The notes under the pieces are model-generated. The model did no database searches, was not told the DNA's origin, and worked only from the letters and a program-made list of their open reading frames with translations. Position numbers and translations under genes: made by a program. A DNA stretch of 64,000 nt from Candidatus Kapaibacterium sp. GTDB taxonomy: Bacteria; Bacteroidota; Ignavibacteria; Kapaibacteriales; UBA2268. Location of the stretch: positions 768,001 through 832,000 of the forward strand of contig OY762428.1 of the NCBI GenBank assembly GCA_963665665.1, read 5' to 3'. Positions 48,506 through 58,759 of this stretch are shown here, piece after piece (position 1 is the stretch's first letter; each line of letters begins with the position of its first letter).

Positions 48506-50230
48506 ATGAGTAAAAACACAGATATTGAATCATTGAAAGAATGGGAACAACTCAAGGAAATCCTGACCGGAGAAGAAAAAAGGCAAATCGAAAGTATTCT
48601 CCGCCGGCTTGACGACGATAAAATACACGCTTCGGAAATTAGCAGGATTCTCCCCGAAGCCCTCAGGCTGAGCGCCAAGCATGGTAACAGGCTAAACGAG
48701 GTTCTCATTCCGATAATTGAAAAAACTTTGCAGGAAAGTATGCGAAGGAATTCGCATATACTTGTTGATGCATTGTATGCTCTTATTGGCCCTGCTACCA
48801 GAAAAGCAGTTTTCGAATCTATGAAGGGCCTGCTTCAGTCTTTTAATACCGCGCTGGAAAGTGTCTTCACAATTAAGGGTATTAAATGGAGAATAGAAGC
48901 AATTGCCACAGGCAAGCCTTATGCCGAAGTGGTTCTTATCCATAGTATCGTTTACCAGGTTGAGCAGGTTTTCCTGATTCACAAAGAAACAGGATTATTG
49001 CTTCAACATGTTAAAACTGATAATATAATAGTCCAGAATGAAGATATGATCTCCGGAATGCTGACTGCTATTCAGGATTTTGTTCATGATTCATTTCAGG
49101 TAAGTGAAAATGATTCGCTGAACACGATGAATGTTGGCGAGATGACCGTATGGGTTGAACAAAGCCCGCATACAGTTCTTGCAGTCGCTATAAGGGGCAC
49201 AGCACCTGTATCCTTAAGGCAGACGATGACTGATACAATAGAAAGGATTCATTCGGATTATATTCAGGACCTTATAGAATTTGAAGGCGATACAGATGTT
49301 TTTCAGCCTTCGGCAGGAGAGCTGGAAAAATGCCTTGAAAAACAGGTTAAATCAGACGATAAAAAGACCCCGGCTTTTGCCTGGGGGGGTATCACTGCTG
49401 CTATTTTGATTTTCATGACATTTTTATATTTTCAAATTTCGGATTCTATCAGATGGAGCGACTATACAGAAACCCTTAGACAACAGCCTGGAATTCTGGT
49501 ATTAAACGAGGACAGGGGAATTTTCACTAATTATATTAGCGGAATGAAAGATATGTATTCGGAATCCCCGGACAGCCTTCTGAAAAATTTCGGATATACA
49601 ACTGAGAATGTTGAATCCGAATGGCTTGAATATCTTGCGCTTGATCCGCAAATGATGATACGAAAAGCAATCCTTATCCTTGATGCTCCTGAAACAATTT
49701 CTTTTAGCTTCAGTAACGGATTATTGAAGGCCTGGGGCAAATGTAACGAGAAATGGTATGAAAGAGCTTTGAGAACAGCGCCTTTGATAACTGGTGTAAA
49801 GGATATTGACTTTTCAGGAATCAGTTTGTCCGAAGGAGAAAATGTTGATGCGATTATTAAAAGTATTGAAAAAACATATATCAACTTTGTAAAAAACAAA
49901 ACCAGGCTGATAAAAGGGCAGGATGAAAAAGTAGAGAAACTGGTACAGAAAATTAGAAACCTGATAAAACTTTCGCCAAATAAAGAAATCAGCTTAGAAA
50001 TAATGGGTCACACAGATTCAAGCGGCTCTGAAAAAACAAATGCCAAACTGAGCTGGAACAGAGCCAAGAGTTTTATGGAATTACTAAGCACTCACGGGTT
50101 GATAGATATTGATTTCACTATAAAAGGTATAGCTTACTCTCAGCCATTGGTTGAGGAAAAGACAGAAAATGACCGCCAACTAAACAGGCGGGTTAGTTTT
50201 GATGTTAAACTTGGATGGAACGAAAAATAA
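48506..50230 (+). CDS. Bitopic protein: cytoplasmic helical and longin/roadblock-like region, one TM, periplasmic OmpA-like peptidoglycan-binding domain
   Basis: VEQVFLIHKETGLLL...MISGMLTAIQDFV.DSF; TM AWGGITAAILIFMTFLYF; GHTDSSG...N.KLS..RA...NRRV. Confidence 0.8.
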   Translation: MSKNTDIESLKEWEQLKEILTGEEKRQIESILRRLDDDKIHASEISRILPEALRLSAKHGNRLNEVLIPIIEKTLQESMRRNSHILVDALYALIGPATRKAVFESMKGLLQSFNTALESVFTIKGIKWRIEAIATGKPYAEVVLIHSIVYQVEQVFLIHKETGLLLQHVKTDNIIVQNEDMISGMLTAIQDFVHDSFQVSENDSLNTMNVGEMTVWVEQSPHTVLAVAIRGTAPVSLRQTMTDTIERIHSDYIQDLIEFEGDTDVFQPSAGELEKCLEKQVKSDDKKTPAFAWGGITAAILIFMTFLYFQISDSIRWSDYTETLRQQPGILVLNEDRGIFTNYISGMKDMYSESPDSLLKNFGYTTENVESEWLEYLALDPQMMIRKAILILDAPETISFSFSNGLLKAWGKCNEKWYERALRTAPLITGVKDIDFSGISLSEGENVDAIIKSIEKTYINFVKNKTRLIKGQDEKVEKLVQKIRNLIKLSPNKEISLEIMGHTDSSGSEKTNAKLSWNRAKSFMELLSTHGLIDIDFTIKGIAYSQPLVEEKTENDRQLNRRVSFDVKLGWNEK

Positions 50231-50731
50231 ATGGTAAAGAAAAAGATAGTTATGCTTGGGGCATTTGCAGTCGGAAAAACTTCACTTGTACAGAGATTTG
50301 TCAGAAGTATTTTCTCCGAGAAATATCACACGACAATAGGAGTGAAAATTGATGAAAAAACTGTTATTGTCGGAGATATTGAAGTAAAAATAATTCTTTG
50401 GGATATCCACGGTGAAGATGAGTTTCAGAAGGTAAAAAAATCATACATCATGGGTTCTTCGGGATATATAATGGTTGCTGACGGAACCCGAAAAAATACT
50501 TTCAACACAGTGGAATACCTTCACGATCTTGCTGTATCAACAGTTGGCGAGGTTCCATTCCTGTTTTTAATCAACAAATCCGACCTGACAGATGAATGGG
50601 ATATTGAAGATAGTGATATCGATAAAATCAAAGCAAAAGGATGGAACACTTTTATTACCAGTGCAAAAACCGGGAATAATGTGGAAGAAGCCTTTAGATT
50701 ACTTGCAGAATTAATGGTTAAAGCGAAATGA
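50231..50731 (+). CDS. Rab/Ras-like small GTPase
   Basis: G1 GAFAVGKTS, G2 TTIG, G3 WDIHG, G4 NKSD, G5 TSAKTG; no prenylation motif. Confidence 0.93.
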   Translation: MVKKKIVMLGAFAVGKTSLVQRFVRSIFSEKYHTTIGVKIDEKTVIVGDIEVKIILWDIHGEDEFQKVKKSYIMGSSGYIMVADGTRKNTFNTVEYLHDLAVSTVGEVPFLFLINKSDLTDEWDIEDSDIDKIKAKGWNTFITSAKTGNNVEEAFRLLAELMVKAK

Positions 50732-52260
50732 TTAATATACCTCCTGAAATAGTTGAATTTATTGCCTCGCGGGGATTAGAATTCTCCAAACCGGCATATA
50801 TAATTGCTAATTACGATGAAAAGATAGTTAACTTCGGCGGCGAACTTAGTTATTATGGTTTCAATAATATAAGTTTCGGTGATGATATCAATGATGTTCA
50901 TAGCATGTTCGAGGGATATTTCCCCTTCAGGGGTTCAGAAACAGAACTACCACTTATAAAATTCAATGACGACATAAGAGCAAACGTTTTTATCTTTCAC
51001 CGCAGCAGTCATTACTGGATTGTTTTTTTAGATATTTCACAATCAGAAGATAAATTGAAGGAATTCTACCAGGCAAGGAATGATCAGAAATTGTTCCTTG
51101 ACAAAGAATTTCATTTTAGTAACGATGACTCGGTATTCGATGTTCTCAGATTCCTTGATATTTTAGTATTGGAAAGGAAGAGCCAGGATATTTTCGCTGC
51201 TCACGGGAAAGCTCCTATTTGGGCAGATTTTCTGAAACCAGGTTCCAAAGGATATGTTAATACATCGAAACTTATTGACAAGTATCAATTTGTTGAAATA
51301 TTTCTGATGACAGCTGAAGTTTTCTGGGAAAATAACAACCGCGGGCTGATGAAAAGCGATATATGGTCGGAAGAAGATGAAAACAGGAATGAAATATTTA
51401 TGGAAGCAACGGCAATTAGCATGGGTGTAAGAAAGTTCCTGCTTATCCAGAAATCATCAAGTTCGGCCAATGAAAAAAGAATGCTGATACAGCGTGCCAG
51501 GGAACTTAGCCTTGAGCATGAACTCAGGAAAAAAGCCGAAGCTGCCCTTGAAAAGAAAAATAAAGAATTACAGGAGCTAAATGCTACAAAGGATAAATTT
51601 TTCTCGATAATTGCCCACGACCTGAGAAACCCGATCGGAGCTTTCAGAAATATTACCGAAGTATTTTCACTGCATCTTAATAAAATGTCTGAGGATGAAA
51701 TCCATGAATTGATTGTAATGCTCAGCGATCAGAGCAACAACCTGATACGGCTGCTTGACAATCTGCTTCAATGGTCCAGGGCTCAAATGGGGTCCATTAA
51801 ATACAGGCCAGATATTCATAACATAAATGAAATAATTTCAAATATTATTGAAATCCAAAATGTTCAGGCAATTGAAAAAAATATTAAAATTGAAAATAAA
51901 ATTGATATTAAAGATGCTGTATATTGCGATAGTGATATAATTGCCGTTGTTACCAGGAATTTAATTTCCAATGCAATAAAATTTACTGAAAAGGGAGGTG
52001 AAATTGTTGTATGGAGTGAAGATAAGGATAATGAAATTATTTTTCACGTGCAGGATAGTGGTGTCGGGATTTGCGAATCTAATCTAAATAAATTATTCAC
52101 CATCGACTCGAATTTAAGCACTTCAGGGACTTCAAAGGAAAAAGGAACAGGTTTAGGATTGATTCTCTGTAAGGAATTTATTAATTTACATAAAGGGAGA
52201 ATATGGGTTGAAAGCGATTGCGGAAAAGGCAGTACTTTCAGTTTCTCGATACAGAAATAG
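50728..52260 (+). CDS. Cytoplasmic sensor histidine kinase
   Basis: IIAHDLRNP H-box, NLISNAIKFT, DSGVGI, GTGLGL, GKGSTF; no TM; ATGA overlap with GTPase. Confidence 0.93.
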   Translation: MINIPPEIVEFIASRGLEFSKPAYIIANYDEKIVNFGGELSYYGFNNISFGDDINDVHSMFEGYFPFRGSETELPLIKFNDDIRANVFIFHRSSHYWIVFLDISQSEDKLKEFYQARNDQKLFLDKEFHFSNDDSVFDVLRFLDILVLERKSQDIFAAHGKAPIWADFLKPGSKGYVNTSKLIDKYQFVEIFLMTAEVFWENNNRGLMKSDIWSEEDENRNEIFMEATAISMGVRKFLLIQKSSSSANEKRMLIQRARELSLEHELRKKAEAALEKKNKELQELNATKDKFFSIIAHDLRNPIGAFRNITEVFSLHLNKMSEDEIHELIVMLSDQSNNLIRLLDNLLQWSRAQMGSIKYRPDIHNINEIISNIIEIQNVQAIEKNIKIENKIDIKDAVYCDSDIIAVVTRNLISNAIKFTEKGGEIVVWSEDKDNEIIFHVQDSGVGICESNLNKLFTIDSNLSTSGTSKEKGTGLGLILCKEFINLHKGRIWVESDCGKGSTFSFSIQK

Positions 52261-52618
52261 ATTTCATGGGGAAAAATGAAAATTGGGGATCACATATAAA
52301 AAATTTCTTAATTAGCCATTCATTGATTTAAAATATTTATAAAATGATATCTTAATTATTTATTATCAACCAAAATATTTTTATATACGATTGTAAAAGC
52401 AACAGTATGGGTACTTTCTCCTCCTTCTGTTATTTTAGACAGGCTCCTGAATCACTACCATCCTTTTTTATACAAGGGAAATGTTGGAGGATTATAGATA
52501 TTTTGAAAAATTATTATATTGGAGCGGGTCAAAATTGCCGGGAAAAAAGGGTCAATTTTTTAATTGGAATCAACATTTAGTGAATCTGAAATTGAGTTTT
52601 ATCGTTTTTTCAATTTTC

Positions 52619-53884
52619 TCAGTTGTTCAATATTGGGATTTTTACAATAAAAGTACTTCCATCCCCCGGTTTGCTTTCAACTTCAATTATCCCGCCAAGA
52701 GCATCAACATATCTTTTACTGATAGATAATCCAAGGCCAATCCCTCTTTGCAGGCCAATATATTTTGAACTTCTGTAAAATGGTTCGAATATTTTTTCCA
52801 GTTCCCCGGCAGATATACCGTCTCCAAAATCTGTTATTGAAAAAATAAAAGAATTATCAGGCATATTGAATGTAATGATAATTGGTTTTTCTTGTGGTGA
52901 ATATATTTGCGCGTTAGTTAATAAGTTTTTCATGATATTTTTTAGCAAATGGATATCTGTGCATACCTTTGTAGTTGTGCTATTGTTCTTTATTTCAAGC
53001 CTTCTGCCGGAATTAGCTTTAATTTCCGAAGCAAATATATTGGCCAGGTCAACAAAATCTAAAAGTTCCCGATTTACCCGAATTTTGTGAATATCTGAGG
53101 GGTTGACTTCCAGAGTTTTGTCCAGCAGTTCTGTCATCGATTGAACTGAAGAGAAAATTTTATCGAAAAACCTATCGTATTTAATGTCTCTTCCTTTGCT
53201 CAGGGCTACTTTAATAATTTCAGCCGAAGATAATATTTCTGTCAGGGGTGTTCTGTATTCATGTGAAATTGTCGAAATAATCTCTGATTTTAAAAGTCCT
53301 ATTACTCTTTCTTTTTCAAGCAATATTTCTAAATTATGATGGGCTTCTTCCAGCTCGAGGGTTCTTAATTTAACTCTTTCTTCAAGATCCCTGTTCATTT
53401 TAGCAAGGTCATCCCCGAATTTTTTTCTTTGGGTAATTTCGCTTTTCGCTTCATCAATTTCAACCTTTTTTTCAACTATACGCCTGGACAGGTCTGAAAC
53501 ATCATTAACTGTAATTGCCAGATAATTAACAGAATCATCCTGCTCGAAAACAGGGAACATTGATATATTCTGCTTAACATTACCGCAGTTTTTACCTTTT
53601 GCAACAAAAAGGCATTCATGCAGCTGAGATGACAAAGTAACAGGCAGGCCTTTTTCAAATGCAATCTTCAATCTGTTTTTTAGCAGTGGATTTGAAAAAG
53701 CAGGGAAAAGGCAATCAATTTTAGAACCCAGAATATGTTCTCTTTCAATACCGGTATATGTTTCCAATATTGAATTCCAGAATATTACTTTCTCTGATTC
53801 ATCTATAATGCAACAACCTGTTGCAATGTAATCAAGCAATGAAAATCTTGCGCTAAAGCTATTATTCCTGATTGGCTTATTCAT
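52619..53884 (-). CDS. PAS-domain sensor histidine kinase
   Basis: N-terminal PAS (VIFWN..LE..TG); SHEYRTPL, NLLTNA, DFGDGI, IFEPFYR, GIGLGL. Confidence 0.92.
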   Translation of the reverse strand: MNKPIRNNSFSARFSLLDYIATGCCIIDESEKVIFWNSILETYTGIEREHILGSKIDCLFPAFSNPLLKNRLKIAFEKGLPVTLSSQLHECLFVAKGKNCGNVKQNISMFPVFEQDDSVNYLAITVNDVSDLSRRIVEKKVEIDEAKSEITQRKKFGDDLAKMNRDLEERVKLRTLELEEAHHNLEILLEKERVIGLLKSEIISTISHEYRTPLTEILSSAEIIKVALSKGRDIKYDRFFDKIFSSVQSMTELLDKTLEVNPSDIHKIRVNRELLDFVDLANIFASEIKANSGRRLEIKNNSTTTKVCTDIHLLKNIMKNLLTNAQIYSPQEKPIIITFNMPDNSFIFSITDFGDGISAGELEKIFEPFYRSSKYIGLQRGIGLGLSISKRYVDALGGIIEVESKPGDGSTFIVKIPILNN

Positions 53885-54485
53885 TATCTGTGCTTATGTG
53901 TTCATCAATAATCTCGATAATTTTGCTAAGTGTTTCAAATTTCAGAAAAAGAATAAAATCCCCTGACAGTTCTAACTCACTTATGGTAAATTTGGTTTTG
54001 GCAAGAAGTGCTCTTTTGGAATCATCTAAATTATTCTTAATAACATCCTGCATTGTTTGCTCAAGATAAAAAGGAGCCTTGAACCTGATCCGGGTATCGA
54101 GAACATTGCAAATCGATCCCATTAGTGAATTAAGTACAATATTTCCGATTTCAATAAAAGTAGCTTCAAAAAGAGATTCCGTATCCTCCTCTAAGTTATA
54201 ATATCCCGCAAAAGCATGAGTTAATTTATGTGCATTTTCTTTTGTAAAAAATAATTGCGACACTCCGCTAAGAGGGCCGCCAAAATCCATTTGTACAATC
54301 GAGAGTTTGTTGTTCTTCAAATAGTCATATTCTTCGATAGCATCGGCAGAATTAATTATTTTAATATAAGGCACTTCAAGATTGATCGGCTTATTTACCA
54401 GGGAGTTGAGAATGTCCGCAGCCTGGAAAACCCCGATATTGATCAGGTCGTTTAATTTTTTTCTTAATGGATCCTGAATTAGCAT
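53877..54485 (-). CDS. cheC: CheC-like phosphatase
   Basis: DLINIGV..AA..L, I.LEVP.I, F.G.LSG, EIGNIVLN (ExxN). Confidence 0.8.
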   Translation of the reverse strand: MLIQDPLRKKLNDLINIGVFQAADILNSLVNKPINLEVPYIKIINSADAIEEYDYLKNNKLSIVQMDFGGPLSGVSQLFFTKENAHKLTHAFAGYYNLEEDTESLFEATFIEIGNIVLNSLMGSICNVLDTRIRFKAPFYLEQTMQDVIKNNLDDSKRALLAKTKFTISELELSGDFILFLKFETLSKIIEIIDEHISTDNE

Positions 54486-54883
54486 ACCGACTTCTCCGTT
54501 TCAATAAGCGGTTTCAATAAATTGAAAATATCTTCTTTTCGGGGCGGTTTATTAAGAAATCCGTAAGCACCCAGACTGTAGCATTCATCTTTTACTTTGT
54601 CCTGAATATCAGAAGTGAGTACGATAATCGGAATTTTCATATTATATTCTTTAATTAATTTCAGGAATTCAATGCCATCCATTTCCGGCATTAACAAATC
54701 AAGAATTATTATGTCAGGTTTTTTTGCAAGAACTTTAGCAAAGCCGTTTTTTCCATTTGCTGCTTCTATAGTATCCAGATTCAGTTCGTCAATTGTTCTT
54801 CCTATCATTTTTCGGGCTATCAAAGAATCGTCAATTATCAAAACACGTTTTTTACTTCTATCCATCAGGTCGTTTTCCTTCAT
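54479..54883 (-). CDS. Single-domain (CheY-like) response regulator
   Basis: LIIDDS, LDLLMPEMDG, LTSD, FLNKP. Confidence 0.9.
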   Translation of the reverse strand: MKENDLMDRSKKRVLIIDDSLIARKMIGRTIDELNLDTIEAANGKNGFAKVLAKKPDIIILDLLMPEMDGIEFLKLIKEYNMKIPIIVLTSDIQDKVKDECYSLGAYGFLNKPPRKEDIFNLLKPLIETEKSVC

Positions 54884-55152
54884 ACGTAAATGTAATCCTA
54901 AACCAAAAATAAATAAAATCATTACCAATTACAATCATTTACAATTACGAAAGTAATATTGGATAATTGTTAAAAATTCAAAACTCTTTGCACACAAATG
55001 AATTCAAGTAGTTTTAAATATTAGCATTATAAAAAAGTAAAATACAGTTTAATCAATTAAAATCGACTATTAATAATTCAGTTCATAAGATGCCGCTGAT
55101 TCATCTTCAACCCAACATCCTGTATGATGGATCAGATTTCAATAGCTTTCCG

Positions 55153-55376
55153 GTAACTACTCAGCACAAAGGAAAGATTTAATGGATATGGATAATAATT
55201 GAAGAAAATGTCACTCTGAACAAAGTGAAGAATCTATTCTTCATAATTTTATCCAAAAAAAAAATGGATTCTTCAGTCGCTTCGCTCCGGAAGCCTGCCC
55301 CGACGTGTCGGGGAATAACAATTTTGCAATTATTCTTTTCATAAACAGAACAATATTATATTTGCTGAGCAGTAAC
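55153..55376. mobile_element. 224-bp MITE with IS66-type ends and 8-bp target-site duplication
   Basis: gctttccg|gtaactactcagca ... tgctgagcagtaac|gctttccg. Confidence 0.88.
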
Positions 55377-55502
55377 GCTTTCCGAATATCAAAAATTCAA
55401 GTATTTAAGTGAGCCAAAGACACATAATCTCCGCGCCGTCGGTACAAGAAACATTGCAACGTCACGTCAAAGAAAAAGGTATTATGAACAAAAGGTACGG
55501 AA

Positions 55503-56735
55503 ATGGAACGAATTATGATTTTTTTCTCGGTACTGCTGATATTAATCCTGCTTATTGAATTCTATGTATTAAAGAACTGGACGAGGTTTACCAAAGAAAG
55601 AAACTGGATGAAATGGACTTATCTTCTTCCATGGTTCGTTAGTGCTCTAACCCTTTTGATGACAATAATAACACTGGGAATCAGAATATCCGGTGCTGAT
55701 AGTGGTTTAGCGGACAAAATATATTTGTCAATGGTAAGTTTGTGGATAGTTCCCAAGATTGTTATCGTACCATTCCTGATTTTAAAAGATATTTCAAAAT
55801 TTCCCCGCAAAATTTTCAGGAAGTTATCGGGAAGAAGAAAGGATTTATCTGCTATCAGAGTCAATAAGTCCAATTCACGTAGAAGATTTGTACAGACCGT
55901 TGGGTGGAGCCTTGCCGGAATACCTTTTGTTGCTGCCGGGCACGGTATGATAAAAACCCGCTACAATTTTACGGTTTATGAAAGCGATGTGTGGCTTGAT
56001 AATTTAGATCCTGCTTTGGATGGTCTGAAAATTGTACAGATCTCGGATATTCACGCTGGATCTTTTATCAGTGCCGAACCTTTTAAAAATGCTGTAGGAA
56101 TAATTAATTCCCTTGATCCGGATATCATTACTCTGACCGGTGATTTTGTTAATAGCCGGCATCAGGAAACTGATATTATTCTTGATGATTTTAAAAGCCT
56201 GAAAGCAGGCTATGGAGTTTTCGGATGCCTTGGAAACCATGACCACTATATGGATGAGCCTGATAAAAAGATATTACTCGAAAAGCTAAAAAGCTCAGGT
56301 GTTGATATGCTTGTAAACGAGAACAGGACAATTACCGTAAACAGCCAGGGGTTACAGATTGCAGGTGTGGACAATACCGGGCATAATACTCACTATGCAG
56401 ATTTTGATAAAGCCATAAAAGGATTATCTGCTGATGAACCAATCGTAATGCTATGCCATGACCCCACTAACTGGGATAAATCTGTAAGGAATAAGTTGCC
56501 GATAGACCTTATGCTTACAGGGCATACACACGGAGGGCAGATTGGAATGGAATTATTTGGCAGGTATATCTCGCCTGTAAGAATGGTTTATAAGCAATGG
56601 GCAGGCCTTTACAAAGATTCCGAGCAATATCTTTATGTTAATCGCGGACTTGGAACAGTAGGGCCTAATATCCGCGTAGCTATGCCACCGGAAATAACTC
56701 TTATCAGGTTGCGCTCATCGCAATCAGCGGTTTAA
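55503..56735 (+). CDS. Membrane-anchored metallophosphoesterase (YkuE-like)
   Basis: SDIH, TGDFV, LGNHD, LCHDP, GHTHGGQ, YVNRGLG. Confidence 0.92.
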   Translation: MERIMIFFSVLLILILLIEFYVLKNWTRFTKERNWMKWTYLLPWFVSALTLLMTIITLGIRISGADSGLADKIYLSMVSLWIVPKIVIVPFLILKDISKFPRKIFRKLSGRRKDLSAIRVNKSNSRRRFVQTVGWSLAGIPFVAAGHGMIKTRYNFTVYESDVWLDNLDPALDGLKIVQISDIHAGSFISAEPFKNAVGIINSLDPDIITLTGDFVNSRHQETDIILDDFKSLKAGYGVFGCLGNHDHYMDEPDKKILLEKLKSSGVDMLVNENRTITVNSQGLQIAGVDNTGHNTHYADFDKAIKGLSADEPIVMLCHDPTNWDKSVRNKLPIDLMLTGHTHGGQIGMELFGRYISPVRMVYKQWAGLYKDSEQYLYVNRGLGTVGPNIRVAMPPEITLIRLRSSQSAV

Positions 56736-57905
56736 ATATTTGAATGCGGTATTAGCCATCATCGCTGCTCCCAAAGCCAGAGCAGATTCGTCAGGACAAA
56801 AACCTGAATTGTGCAGAGGAGGCATTGTGGCCATTGAATTGGGCCTAACCCCGAGAAACCAGAACACTGAGGGCTTATAGCGTGAATAGTAAGCAAAATC
56901 CTCGGCCCACATTTTGGGTTCGGTTTCGATAACGTTTTCCGATCCGAATATTTCAGCAGCTGAGGTTTTTACAAAATCAGTCAGGGATTTATCATTGATC
57001 AATGAAGGATAGCCGTTTACGATATTCAACTCACATTCGGTATCATATAATGAAGCAATTTTACCCGAGTTCTCTTCGATGAACTTTTGGGCCTGTTTCC
57101 GCCAGTCTTCGTCGTAGGAACGAAGAGTTCCTTTCAGTTCTGCTTTATCCGGAATAATATTTGTTGTAAAACCTGAATTAAATGCCGTAACAGAAAGAAC
57201 TCCCGGAGTAAGAGGATTTCGGAATTTTGATATCAATGATTGAAGGCCGGTAACAATATTGGCAGCAGCTAACAACGGGTCGCGGCTAAGGTGTGGCTGA
57301 GCAGCATGGCCTGATGAACCTTTCACAGTCCAGTATAGCTCGTCGGTGGAGGCCATGAAGGGGCCGGAAGCCAGATGAAGCTCGCCTACAGGAGCTTCTG
57401 GAAAAACATGCTGCCCGAATATGGCTTCGGGTTCGATACCTTCCTTAAGTATTCCCGATTCAATTATCTGTATGGCTCCGCCAGGCAGTTTTTCTTCTCC
57501 CGGCTGGAATATCAGTTTTACCACTCCATTCAATTTATCTTCATTTTCTTTAAGGTATTCTGCTGTGCCAAGAAGCATTGCTATATGCATATCATGTCCG
57601 CATGCATGCATTACCCCGGCATTTTCGGATGAAAATTCCAGCCCGGTAGTTTCCTGAACAGCTAACGCGTCAATATCAGCCCTGAGTGCCACGCAGCTCT
57701 TACCCGATCCAATCACGGCAACAGTGCCGGTTTCAAGAACTTTTGAATATTTTATTCCAATCTTGTCAAGACAGGAACGAATGTATTCCGCCGTTTGAAA
57801 TTCCCTGAAAGAAAGTTCCGGGTTCGAATGGAACTGTCTGCGATGCTTTATGATTTGGTTTTCAATAGCATGAATTGATTTTTTTAAATAATCAGGTTTT
57901 GTCAT
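56724..57905 (-). CDS. M20D-family amidohydrolase
   Basis: H.NPELSF.E, LRADIDAL, MHACGHD.H, FQPGEE, GHAA.PH, EDF.YY. Confidence 0.92.
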   Translation of the reverse strand: MTKPDYLKKSIHAIENQIIKHRRQFHSNPELSFREFQTAEYIRSCLDKIGIKYSKVLETGTVAVIGSGKSCVALRADIDALAVQETTGLEFSSENAGVMHACGHDMHIAMLLGTAEYLKENEDKLNGVVKLIFQPGEEKLPGGAIQIIESGILKEGIEPEAIFGQHVFPEAPVGELHLASGPFMASTDELYWTVKGSSGHAAQPHLSRDPLLAAANIVTGLQSLISKFRNPLTPGVLSVTAFNSGFTTNIIPDKAELKGTLRSYDEDWRKQAQKFIEENSGKIASLYDTECELNIVNGYPSLINDKSLTDFVKTSAAEIFGSENVIETEPKMWAEDFAYYSRYKPSVFWFLGVRPNSMATMPPLHNSGFCPDESALALGAAMMANTAFKYLNR

Positions 57906-58759
57906 AACAGTTCCCGAACGTTAATATCTTTTGAATCATGTTTTAGAATAACGGCTTCACCATTCAACACTATACCTGAAATATTATCATTATCCAATTC
58001 GAACTTTACCTTCAAAATACTGTTTCCTGGAGTATGGAATGAATACTCGTTCCTTTTGTCTCCTGATAGAAAAAGGCTTACAGCTGATGACATAGCACCG
58101 GTACCGCACGCACCTGTTACCTTCTCCACGCCGCGTTCAAAGGTTTTTATATTAAAGCCTCCATCATCCCGGTTTTGAAGGATATTAATATTCGCTCCGC
58201 CACCTGGAAGTGATTTATTATACCTTAGATTCCGTGCTTTACTATCGATACCGAAATCAGCAAATTCAATTACTTTTCCCTGTCCGCGATGAATAACGAA
58301 ATGATCGGAATCAACGTCAATATAATCGCCGCTGACCGTTCCGTCACCGGTTTCAATTTTCAAATCCTGACTAATTAAAACAGGGGCAGGAAAATGCACG
58401 CTAATCCTGTCTTTTAAAATTTCTGCTGAATAAATATTGTCCAGCATTTGAAAAGAGACATTATGACTATTCCCGATAAGGCCCGAAAATTCGGCAAATC
58501 TGACCGAACATCTTGCGCCATTGCCGCACATCATTGAAGAGCTGCCGTCCGGATTGAAGAATTTAACGGAAAAATCGGCATCATTACTTTTTCCGATAGT
58601 TAGAAATCCTTCCGTATCAATATATTTATTCCATTTCCCGGAACAGGATTTTACTGCCAGATTTGATAATTCCTCATTGCTCAAACCATATTTATCATTA
58701 TTAATTACAGTAAAAAGGTTTCCGGCCCCGGACATATAATTGAAATCAATAAGCATCAT
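57902..58759 (-). CDS. dapF: Diaminopimelate epimerase
   Basis: M.GAGN.F, NPDGS...MCGNGARC, ERGVE..T.ACGTGA. Confidence 0.92.
   Translation of the reverse strand: MMLIDFNYMSGAGNLFTVINNDKYGLSNEELSNLAVKSCSGKWNKYIDTEGFLTIGKSNDADFSVKFFNPDGSSSMMCGNGARCSVRFAEFSGLIGNSHNVSFQMLDNIYSAEILKDRISVHFPAPVLISQDLKIETGDGTVSGDYIDVDSDHFVIHRGQGKVIEFADFGIDSKARNLRYNKSLPGGGANINILQNRDDGGFNIKTFERGVEKVTGACGTGAMSSAVSLFLSGDKRNEYSFHTPGNSILKVKFELDNDNISGIVLNGEAVILKHDSKDINVRELL

Noticed and set aside
55870-55950. Internal SRRRFV twin-arginine-like motif in the metallophosphoesterase
   Set aside because: Common feature of this membrane-anchored family; not unusual
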